The notes under the pieces: model-generated
What the model was told of the DNA's origin: nothing
Seen by the model: the letters and a program-made list of their open reading frames with translations, nothing else
Databases searched by the model: none
Part shown: in pieces, positions 50,501 to 62,510 of the stretch
How the letters are laid out: the number at the start of each line of letters is the position of its first letter
Numbering within the stretch: position 1 is the stretch's first letter
Position numbers and translations under genes: made by a program
Assembly (NCBI GenBank): GCA_016748015.1
Contig: JAAOMT010000602.1
Span: 134,608-198,607, forward strand
Reading direction: 5' to 3'
Source: Geosiphon pyriformis uo1
Taxonomy: Eukaryota; Fungi; Glomeromycota
DNA length: 64,000 nt

Positions 50501-53500
50501 AGTTCATGTTTGTTAGCGAGAATAAATAGCTTTCATAAAATAGTTTTTGATATTACTGTATTTTTCTATAAGTTTTATTCATTATTTATAAAAAAAATTT
50601 TACATAAACTGTTATAATACAAGAAAAAATCATGCACAAAACTTTTATATTAATTATAAAGCTTTAATTTAAGATTTTTTGGCAAATTTTTACTAATGTA
50701 AAAAATACAATAAATTAGATAAGTTGTTTTATATATTTGATTAATTGTTGCATTTATTGTGAAATTTGTATTAGTAATGAAGATTAATAATTTAATTATT
50801 GTAGCTTTTTTTGTATATTTTAAGATCTATATACAAGATTTAGTTGTTTTATCTAATACAAAAGTTTGTACAACAAGATATAATTATGTATTATTGTTTA
50901 CAATAAAAAAAAGTAAAAGTGGTATTTGATAATAATTTGTTTTGATATTATTGTTATTTAAAATAATACTATAATATTTTAACCAAAGTATAACTTTTGC
51001 TAATAATATTCAAAATAGATAAGTAAGCCAATTTTTATTATTTAGTTCAAATTTTATAGCCAATTTAAGATAATGTGCCTTTCAATTAAAAAATATTATA
51101 AACAAACAAAATATATTTTGTATTTTATTATGATAATTTTTAAATTTTATATTGTATTTGTAAGATCACAATTGTTAATAAATGTTGTTAAAAATTTTTA
51201 TTTAAAATTATTTTTTGAATAGTAATTGATAAATTTTTTTAAGAATGTCTTTAGAAATGATTTAATATATTGAGACATATTTTTTAGTATTTTGGTATAA
51301 TGAATAGTTGTGTATATCATTAAGAATTGTAAGAGTTATTTGGTAAGTATTTTTAAAGTAGTTAATATTAGCATACTATTCATATCTTTGGCACTTTAAT
51401 TTATAATTTTGATAATTGTGAATATTAACTTGTTTTTTTGGTTTATAATAATCACCAAATTCATATCTGGAACTATAATGTTTAATATTGCCATCTGGGA
51501 TGTAATTCGAGCCTTTTTCGAATAATCCAAATCCTTGTTGTCTGCTATAGATTTTTATAATTATATCAATTTCTTTCTATAATATAAAAACATAACCAGT
51601 ACAAAAACTTATAACTAAATAAAAAAAGATAAAAAATCTAATATAAATGTAAAATTACAACTATGTTTACATTTGCATTTTTATTAGATTATCTTTAATA
51701 TTATAATTTTAACACTTTTTTTAATCAATTAGTTTAAACAACAAAACAAAAAAATAAATAAAAATAACTAAAATAATAATAAAAAAGTTATTATTTTGTT
51801 AATAGTTATAATTAAAAGTTATTATTTTAATATTGTTAAATTTTTTAGATAAATACTATTAATATTAATTATTTTAACAAGCTAAGTATTAGAAGTAGAT
51901 AAATTCAATAAAATAAATAATAATAACCAAAATTAAATGTGAATAATTATTGTAAGTTTTATTTTTTAAAAAAAAATTTGCTTTAAGTGCTAAATTATTA
52001 ATTTTTAAATTAAATTAATAGATTAATTAATGTTTTTTTGCTTTTAATACTATTGCTATATATACATAAATTTTTATAATACAAGATTCTTAAAAATTTT
52101 AATTTTTTTTATATTTTTTTGAGTTATTATTAGAATTTTTGGTATTTTTGCTAATATTTTTTGAATTCTTGATATTATATTATCTAATAATTTCTAATAT
52201 ATAATTGGCTAATTTATGCTATATTAATTATTAATTATTTTTTTCTATTATTTTATAAATAATAATAATTAAAACCAAACATTATAAATTAACAACAGAA
52301 AAAAAAACTATATCAAAATATATTTGTAGTATATATAATTAATTAAAAAATAATAATATAAAATATTAAAATTATTAGATATAATTTTTTTTTATATTTA
52401 ATAAATAAGATCTAAACTTAATTTAATACAATATATTAAACTAAATAATTTAAACTAAGTGTAAATTATGTAGTTTTTATATGTAATTAATTATTCAAAC
52501 CAGTCAAAACAATACTATATTAAAACAGAAAAAGCTAAAAATAAATTCAGTTTACAAATTTTCCTAATAATACTATTTAAATTTCTAGAATTGAAAATAA
52601 ATTCACTAAAAAATAATCTAATTGCCTTAATATTATTTCTGGTTTTAATACTTAATATGTATCATAAAACAATAATATATTTAACAATATTTTTATTCAA
52701 AAAAAAATTTTATAATCAATATTTTATTATAGTTTATTCTATTAAAGTATACTTTAAACTTAAAATATATAATGTTTTTAAAAACACCAACTAAAAAATT
52801 AAAAAAATTATTACTAACATATTTCATTGTAAGCAGATTTTTTTTTATTTAAAAAGTCTTGTTATTATGTTTATTTAAAAAAGTGATAACCAAAGTAATT
52901 AAAAAACTAATAAACTTAATAACAAATTTTATTAAAATAGCCAAACTTAAGATTTAAAATTCCAAAAAATTCAACCTAGATTTGGTAATAAAATCAATAG
53001 CAGACAATATTAAAATAACAGCAAAAAAAAAAGACAAAAAAAATTTTAGCATAAAACTTTCTACTAATAAAAAAACACAAAAAGTTTAAAGCCAACAGCA
53101 AACTTAACAAATAACTTAAAAGATAAAAATAGTAATATTTTATAATTTTTAAACAAATAATCCAAACTTTAACACTTATAACAGCAATAATATTTAGAAG
53201 TTTTTTATCAAATATATTATTTATACAAAGTATTAATTTTAGTCACAATAAGCTTTAATATTTTACAAGATCTAAAAATAATAACAACAAAATATTGACA
53301 ACAAAAAAAATAGCAAAATAAAAAATAAAGCAAATATAACTACCAACCTAAAAAACTATATTATTAATTTTAAAAACAGCATAATTAAAAAAAAATTGAC
53401 CAATTTGGCCTTAAAAAAATCTCTTAAAATAATAATTTCTTTTGATTAAAAAAAAAATCTATATATTATTTTTTTTAATCAGTACAAACTAGTTATTAAG

Positions 53501-56500
53501 AACAGCAATAGCAAAAAAAGCTCTTAAAAGTCACAATAACATATTGTTACAGCCAGCAAACTTTAATTTTACTAAAATAATAATACCAAAAACATTAAAT
53601 ATATTAAGAGTAATATTTTAAAATACAATAAAAATAAAAGAAAGAAAACTAAAAATTATCACAAAAAATTTTGCAATCTTAAGTGTAGTTAAAAAGAAAA
53701 ACCTATTAATAAAAACTTTAATAATAATAATTAAAAAAGTTTTGAAAACAAAATTTATACAAAATAACTTAATATTATTTTTAAAAATTAACTTAAGTCA
53801 ATAAAACCAAACAACAGATAAAACAAAAAAAAACAAATTTGGTCTTAAAAGTAAAACCAAATACCAAAGTAAAAATTACTTACTTAAAAAACTTTTAATA
53901 ATTAGATATTATTTTATAAGGATTATTAAAGGCAATACTAAAAACAAAAAAGCAAAAGTTGATTTTGTTTCTATTTAATCAGTTTAATTTTTAAGATTAG
54001 GTAATTCAATAAGTTGTTTTGCTTTTAAAACTGATAATAATCTAATATAAAACACTATATTTAATAATACAATTAATAAATAATCTTGATTTATTTTAAA
54101 AAATATGTTGTTATTGTTGTTATCTATATTAGAAAGATTTTATTCAAAATTCTATTTAAAAACACAAAAAGATTTGGTATAATAATAGCAAATATAAACA
54201 ACTGCTATTGTTTTTTTGATTCTTTAATTTTTTTAACTATTTGTATAATAATAATAGTAATATTAATAATAAAAATAAAAAAGACCAGCTTGCTAACTAA
54301 TCTGTTATTAAAAACTTTAAAGTTCTTAAAAAAAGTAAAAACAATATTAAAATTGATCCAGATGTGTTTTTTAGAAAAAATTTTAATTAAAAAAAACCAT
54401 TAATAAAACGTTTTAAAAGCTATCAAAAACAGCTTTTTATTATTAATATTTAAAAAAAATATTATTAGGATATTTTGTTTAGTTGCTTTAATAATAAAAA
54501 GATTTTTTTTGTTAAAACTTTATTAGTTACTATAGAAAAAGTAATATTTAAAACTTTTTTATTTTTTGCACTAATTATAATCATAAAAATAAAAAATAAA
54601 AAAAGTTTTTTAAAGTTGAATATAATTTATTTAATTTTTTAATTGTTAAATATATATTATTATTATTAAGTTATTAAAATTCAAACAATATATAATTTAA
54701 TTAATATTTTTTATAATAAAAACACAAAAATATATGTAATAATTAAATCATTATTATTTTTTATTCAAGAAATATTAAAACAATATTCAATAAAACATAT
54801 ATAAAGTTGGTTTAATAATAATTATGTTTGTTATAATTCCCAATTTATCATAATTTTGTTTAAAAAAAATTAAAAATATCAGAATATTTATATTTAATGG
54901 TTTTTTTCAATTGTTTATGACTAGTATATAATATGTAATAATTAAATTTTAATAAAATTTTCAAGATTTTACTATATAATAAACTGTTATATTTATATTT
55001 ATTTTTTTAAAAAACTGTTGTTCTTTATTTTTGATTGTTTTTTTAAAAGCTTAATATTTATTAAAAAATAAAGTTTTTATATTTAAAAAACAATATTCAG
55101 TAATTATAGTTTATATATAATAATTAAATTAATTTTTAAGATTGATTTTTTTTTAATTTTTAATTTTATTAACTTTAAGAAGTATTTGGATTTCTTTAAT
55201 TCTATAAAACAATTATAATTAAATTTTTATTATAAATCTTATACAAAATTATTTTTAAAATATATAAAACAAAAAATATATATTATTAATATTATAATGT
55301 TTTTAATATAAAGAATTATTTTTTTAAAATATTTTAAATTTTATCTATTAAAAAAAATATAACTTATTAAAAAATATATATATTTATTATAGTTATAAAT
55401 AAATTATTACTTTAATAATAAATTTGTTAAAACAATTAATAATACACTTTTCTAATTAAATATTAGTAAAATATGTATATATTAAATTTTGTTTTGTTTA
55501 AGTATTAGTTAATTATTTTATTAATAATATTTATAATAAATAAATATATAACACTAGGAGATAAAACTTGGTTTAGTTTTTTATAATAAAAATAAGTTAT
55601 TTTTGTAAATATTAACTGCTTAAATTTAATTTTTTTTTAATAAATATATTTTTTATTTGATAAAATTACATGTATTTTTTTATTACTTTGAATGTATTCT
55701 TAATTTTTTATTTAGTTTTTTTATTAAAACAAAACAGATCTATATATGTTAAAATACAAAAATGCTATTAAATTTTATTTAATTATATATAATACTCAAT
55801 TAAAAAATAAAAAATAATAAAAAAACAAAAGAATAATTTAAATAAATATAAATATAAATATAAATATTTTGACCAAAATAACATTAAAATTCAAAATAAT
55901 AATACAGGTCAAAAAAAGATTAGTATTTAAGTTTATTATTAAAATTTTAATATAAATTAAAAAATAATAATTCAATTTTAGCTATATAAAAAAGAGATTA
56001 TTAATACTGGTTTTTTGTTAATAAATAATACTTTTTTAATTGTTTTTTCAATTATATTAAAAAATAAAAGTATTTTGATAGTTATATATTTATTTATTTA
56101 TTTATTTTTTTATTTTATTATTAATTTCTCGTTTTTTTTAGAATTACTAACAAAATAAATTTCAATTGTTTTTGAAAGTGTCTGATAATAAGTTAAATAT
56201 TAAAATAGTGCTTTGTTTAATATTTGTAAAAAATTTTAATATTCTAATTAAAAACTTTTGTTTTAAGACTTGAGTTTTTATTAATTTTTTTTTAATATTA
56301 TAAGCATTATACCAATAAATAAATAAATTGTTTATAGTACTTTTTAATTTGTTTTTATAAATAGATTAATTAATAAAGGTTGCTTTATATTAATTTTATA
56401 AAATATATAAACTGTATATAAATATTGTTTTTATTAAACCAATAAGTTACACATATTTAAGCAAAGTGTTTTAATTTAATTAATAACTTAATTATTAACA

Positions 56501-57450
56501 TAGTTGTTAAATTAATTTTTATTAGTTATATAAAAAAAATTTTTTAAAGCTAAAAAAAAGTATTTAAAAACAAAAAAAATTGAAAAATAAAATCACATTT
56601 TTTTTCAAATTAAAGTTACCATTTTTTTAAATTGTATTATTAAAATTAGCTTAAAAAGTAAGAAACTTGTTTTAAATAAACAATTGTTATTGAATTTTAG
56701 AAGTGCTAATAAAAACATAACAATTATAAAATATTTTTTTATTTTTAAAAAGATTAACAAACTTGAAATTTTAAACTTAATTACATTAATATATATTGAT
56801 TTATTATTTCGCAATTTTTTAGTGAGATTTATATTGTTTTTACCTATTTTATTTTTTGCTATTTGTTTATAGATTATCTTAATCATTAGCTTTTTATAAT
56901 ATTAAATTTTTTAATTGTTTTCATTTATGTAAATTATTTAATAAATTATTTATTAATATTTTAGTTTATTGACTAAACAATTCTATTGTTTAAGTAATAT
57001 TAACTAGTTTAAATATTTTATTTTTTAGAAATTAAAATATTAAAAAACATTAGTTAATTTGACTTATATATATAAATTTGTATGGCTTATATTTTATAAT
57101 AAAAAAGTTTTTCTAACTTTTAAAATTTTGCTGTTAAATTAATATAAAAAAAAAGCTGTATTATTAAATTAATTAAACATTTTATCAATTCATGTAAGTG
57201 AATATATATTATATTCAATAATTGTATTTAACAAAAAAATATTTATTTTTGGTTTTTTATTATAATTTCAAAATTTTCTATTATTTCATTTCTTTTTTGA
57301 TTACAACAATTAAACAATTTTGTTTTATCTCTTTTCTGGATGTCAATTTAATTGGTTCTTGATTTTTGTAATAGATGAAACCAAAATTTATATTTATTGT
57401 TAAAGAAATAAAAAAATTGATTACACAAATATTTAACATCAAAATTATGT
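47560..57450. repeat. AT-rich block 2: ~10 kb of nested, hypermutated transposon relics
   Basis: G+C is ~16% by hand count at 50701-51000 and CpG is nearly absent. There are no credible ORFs, and the block contains a recognisable MULE transposase. Confidence 0.85.
49500..51610 (-). mobile_element. Hypermutated Mutator-like (MULE/FAR1-type) transposase: FAR1/WRKY-like domain, DDE core, SWIM finger
   Basis: Minus-strand reading gives YSRQQGF..PDGNIKH..HNYSL, LF*ILL..NNNNIKTNYYQIPL..LVVQTFVLDKT..FITNTNFTINATI..YCIFYISKNLPKNLK, and ICYHYF..*WY. Confidence 0.88.
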
Positions 57451-58196
57451 CACCTGTAATTCTATCAGGCTTTTTTGTTGAGAATATACCATAGTAAGAC
57501 CAGCATATAAATTTCTTATTAACTATTATTCCTTCTTTGTTGATTTGCTACTTCGGAAAAAACTTTTCAACGATAACATTTAATTAATCTAAGTTGATTT
57601 TTATTTTTGAATAGTAAGTTTACAAAACTTATCGTCAAGCAAAAACTTGGCCTTCTTAAGCTATTTTTATCAACAATAATTGTGTAATCCTTAGCTTCAT
57701 ATTGGTTTTGATACAGACATTATTAATTTTGAACAGGTATGTCTTTGACAATTCAAGACTTTTTTTATCACTGTTAATTAATCATTAGTTGGTTTTTGGA
57801 ATTGTTTTTTTAGGGATTAGATGTTTTTCCAGAATTGAGGATGGGTTATTAATTGTACAAAAGTGAGATCTCTAAATACTGAATAGGGCTATTTGATACT
57901 GAAAATAGCTTGTTTTGTAAATACAATATATCGTAGTTTTTTTTAAAAAAAATTAAAGTTTATTTGGAATTTTTTGGATAATTTTTATATTTGTGAGTTT
58001 GAAAAATATATGATATCACATTTTTTTTATTATAAATGCAAAAACAATTAAATTTAGAATAAGTAAATAAAAATTTATAAAGCTGCAGTTACTTTTTTAA
58101 ATTTATCATTTCTAAAATCCCTTTGAATACATTTAAGCAAGTGAACTAGTTATTTGTGTTTAGGATAATTATGATATAAGATAAATAAAAAAAATG

Positions 58197-58345
58197 GGTA
58201 TTTTGACGAATGGAGGTATTTGTGGGAATTTAGGTATTTGTGGCGAAGTAAATAATTTCACATGTCTTTTTATTCTCGCACACACAAGTTTATTTTGCTA
58301 ACTTTGCCACAATGCTCTATTTGACACAATACCGTAATTCGCCCC
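58197..58345. mobile_element. Possible degenerate MITE (imperfect long inverted repeats)
   Basis: The left arm cgaat..ggtatttgtg..tttgtggcgaagt matches the reverse complement of the right arm actttgccacaa..cacaatacc..attcg. Confidence 0.4.
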
Positions 58346-59435
58346 TTTTTTACCTCATAAATTAACTATTCAGATGTTTCATTTTTTATTTAAATGAGGC
58401 TTATTATGATATGTAAAATATTGCAATATTTAGTAATGCTGTTTCCCAAACCTTAAAAAAAAATTGTTTAATAATAAATTATTAGTATCAAGTGATTTTA
58501 TTAAAAAAAAAAACATAAAATAAGTTAGACTTTGTGTATGAGTTCATGTGATAATTTTAGATGTTTTTTTAAAAAACTTTTTTTTGAATAATATTAATAT
58601 CAAGTTTAAATGATGCTGCTCAATTTTGATGAACCATTTTTTTTCCGGCTTCCTCGTTTTAGTTAATGATATCTTCATTTTTTTAATATTCTAGATTTAC
58701 ACTTATTTATGTTTTTTGGTAATTTTTGTAATGGTTTCCAAAAAATCTTGATATTTAGTTATCAAAAAAGTAAGGGCTCTAAGAGAATCCGACTGGTTGG
58801 AATCTCGATCCAATAAAGGTTTCCAACCATAATAGTAAATTTGAAAGGAAAGAATTTCACACGCCTTTTCATAAACTCAAAAAGCCAGTTATAATGTTAT
58901 TATCAAGTTATTTGGACCAACAAAGCTTTTTTTCAATTTTCATCTTGGAGCGACAGGTGTCCTAGTCTGGGTCGGGCAGCCGGAAAACGATCACTGCCTG
59001 ACTTGTCCATAATTTTCATATTTTTTAAACAGGAAATAACTTCTTTTTTCTAAAATCCTACAAAAATATGCCGCTGTGCGGATGGATTGGGGGTTTGTCT
59101 ACCCATCCATCCTTTTTTTGAGAGTATAAAAGATATTTTAGAAATGAATATTATTGATCATTTATTAACACAGGCAAATTTTGTAATATTATCCTCAAAG
59201 TTAAGATTCAAAAATAAAAAATATTCTCGATAATTTGAAAATTAAAATATATATTAGCTATTATTATTCAAATATTAGTGTGTCTAAATAAAAAAGAAAT
59301 ATGTTACATACTTTTGTTCTGTGATATATATTTATTATACATAGATATACTTTACAATTTAATCATGATAAATTCAAAAACCAGTGATGAATCTCATTTC
59401 AATAGGTAAATTTCAAATTAGGGGATTAAGCGCCA

Positions 59436-60889
59436 TTAATTATTTTCTAGAGTGAGTCGTCTTCTGGTCAATTTTAGGTGACTTCTTGGTTTCGGGAGCA
59501 TTTTTGTACAAAACCACCGACACGTCGGCATTGAAACTTTTAATTGATCGAATTCTTGAAAGGCTTCGGCACATAGTTGATTATATTCCAGACCCGAGAT
59601 TTCCATACGTCGAGCTAATGAGATTTTTGCGTCTGCCAGGCCCTTTTTTACTGCTTCACAGGCCTTTGAAATAATTTGATAGTAGAGATATTGTAAGAAT
59701 TCAACAGGGGAAGAAATTTCAACAAGATTACAATCAAAATGTTAAAACCCAAAAGGATTAGCTTACAATGTTTCCCAAACCGCCCCCCCATAATCCCAAT
59801 GGTAACGGCCTAGATTCTGTTTGTATGTTTGTTACTCGTTCAGTTTTCCTTAAGAAATTGCCAAGACTTGGACTCAAGTTTGGATTGATTTGATTCTCTA
59901 TTAAAAGGGAACGATCTAAAAATTTTTTTATGAATTTTAAGATAAATATAAGTATTTCCTCGAGTCTTCATACTAGTGGAGTTTGATTAAGAAAAAAGTT
60001 GTACTCACATCCTTCGAGTAGTTGGGCAGTAGCTGGGCCTTCATTATTCCAATAAAAATCAGATTCCACTAATTCCATAATTCCACCGGGTTTAAGTACT
60101 CGTATTATTTCGTTGATTACTTTCTTGCGGTATTGTCTCTGCGTAAAAATTGTTCCGAGGAAACGAGCATGAACATAATCAAAACTATTATCGGGATACC
60201 TGGTAGTTAAAATTTTTTTTTAATATTTTAGCTTTTTATGCCTTTTGAAATCACGAGAAAATTATAATAAATTATAAACCAACCACTTGGATCGCAACTT
60301 ACGGAATTCCATTGAACAAATCTGTTTCAAAAAAATCAACATTAGGCTGTCGTCGCTCCCACGCAATATCCTCTTCACTATCGAGTCCAATATAGTTTGC
60401 CAAGGGGAAGTCATTTGCCATATCATTTAACCAACTGCCATTACCACATCCTAAATCTAAAACCATGGTTCCTGGAATCATTAAAACTTCTCGTACTGGT
60501 GCTACGAAATTCGAATGCCACAAATATTTTAACGCATAGTGTTGCAGTTTCGACGGCTCAATTTGTTGTTGTGAGATAGACTTCCACGAGAATAATGATG
60601 ATGAGGTTGACAATCTATGTGTAGTGGAGGTTTGTGATGTGGTTGAGGACGAAGACGTGATTGGGTCTACGACTAAAGTCGTTGAAGTTTGACCAGATGA
60701 CGAGGTTGAGGTTTGTCGACTTTTTTGCTTTCCTGAAGTTTTTTGATCGAGTGTTTTATCTTTTTGTTTTTCTAATATTTTGTCGCGTTCTTTCAAAATT
60801 CGTTTTAAATCCGATCTTCGTTGTAATTTTCGTTTCTTTGGTTTAAACTTTGTGCTTGTGTGTGATGATGATGATACGCAGTTACCCAT
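59436..60889 (-). CDS. Class I SAM-dependent methyltransferase (LaeA-like family) with MGNC N-terminus, 4 exons
   Basis: LQHYALKYLWHSNFVAPV, VLDLGCGNGSW, YIGLD, GIP|YPDNSFDYVHARFL, EIIRVLKPGGIMELVE and PLGLWGGGLG; stop at 59436. Confidence 0.9.
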
Positions 60890-61203
60890 TTTTTTTTTTT
60901 AAAAAAAAAAGTTCAATATACTTTGAACTAAATTATTTGATAAAAAAATAATTTAAAAGATTTTGTGGGCTTGTTCGTCGAAGCCCAGAGAAAAAAATAG
61001 GGCTCAATTTTGTTAAAGGTTGTTATCGATAGGTCATTATTAAATCATGAAAAATTTGGGGAAGCCACTAGACAAGTAACAAGTTTCAAAAGGATCCCGT
61101 TCTTTTGGGTCGCTAAAAATTGAATATATATAAAATATCCGGTAGAATCCTTTGCCGTCTTTTTATAAAAATAGTGAGGGAATTTAATAGATCATCGTTT
61201 TGC

Positions 61204-61209
<6 letters not shown>

Positions 61210-61259
<50 letters not shown>

Positions 61260-61279
61260 NNNNNNNNNNNNNNNNNNNN

Positions 61280-61316
<37 letters not shown>
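61210..61316. other. Assembly gap (20 N) inside a poly-A tract
   Basis: N run at 61260-61279 flanked by A homopolymers. Confidence 0.98.
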
Positions 61317-61317
<1 letters not shown>

Positions 61318-62387
61318 ATTCCACAAAACAGAAACAGAAGGAAAAATAGGAGTTCTATAGTAAAGGCCGAGTTTTATTTGGCAAAAAGAAAACCATTATT
61401 TAAAGTAAGGGCAAATAAATTAAAATTATGATAAAACAGATCTTGACGAATCGGATAGTGATCTAAAAAAGCTAACGCCAGGAATCCATCATTAGAAATC
61501 AAGCTCTGTTTTTTTTCCAAAGACATTAAAATTAATTCGGCTCGTTCCATCATGAAAAGCCTTAATAGTAGTTTTCCCAGAAAAATTTTTTAGAGTATCT
61601 TACCTTATTTTGACATTTAAATCACATAGAACGGCCCGATCTCACAATATATTTTATTCGTCATGACTTTTTAATAATCCCTAAAATTTGTACGCCAATA
61701 ATAAACATTCTAAAATATTTTGATTTTTAAGTCATGGTTGATTAATGCTACATTTGATTCAAATGATAAGTAATAATTTAAATAAAAAGATTAGGGTTTT
61801 AACCATTTCAACTTCTTTTAAGAGTTATTTTAGAATGATAAAGGTGTGATAAGAATATAAAAAAATATCATTATGATATCGCTGCTTATTGTTTCATTTA
61901 GGAAGCTTGATAATGTGAATAGGTGATCTGTAGCATATGATTTTTTGAAATATAATTGGAAATGAATTCAGATAAACACAAACTTAGAAAAGCAGTTATT
62001 ATCATGGGTGATCTTTTGCCGGTTCTTTGTCATACAAGAATATGATACAAAATAGGAAAACATGCTATAGACGTATTGAAATCCGGGAATAGACTCAGCG
62101 GTTGCTCTAGAAACAAACAAAAAAACAAATAAATTCATTGAGCCTTTTGAAATTGGAAAAACAGAGGTTTGATTTTTAATTTTATTATGACATATAAAAC
62201 ATAATAATACTAACATACTACTATTAGATAAATTAAATACAAAAGAGGTTAGTACCTTGACTATTCAAAAGTTTACAACTTTTTTTTGGGATCGATATAT
62301 TAAATCTTTAAAATTTTCAAAAAAGATTTTTCGTTCTTTATCTGTATGCATGAAGAAATAAAAAGATTTTGTAGATAGAAACATAGA

Positions 62388-62408
62388 TTATTATTATCAT
62401 TATTATTA

Positions 62409-62469
<61 letters not shown>

Positions 62470-62471
62470 CA

Positions 62472-62510
<39 letters not shown>
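62388..62510. repeat. (TTA/TCA)n microsatellite
   Basis: Direct reading. Confidence 0.95.

Noticed and set aside
52900-54400. Possible LINE ORF1 or LTR relic within block 2
   Set aside because: Too degraded to assign by eye.
47753-56886. Short I/K/L/F/N-rich ORFs inside AT block 2
   Set aside because: Chance ORFs in hypermutated AT-rich DNA; no motifs.
61120-61431. Poly-Lys ORF
   Set aside because: Artefact of the poly-A tract and assembly gap.
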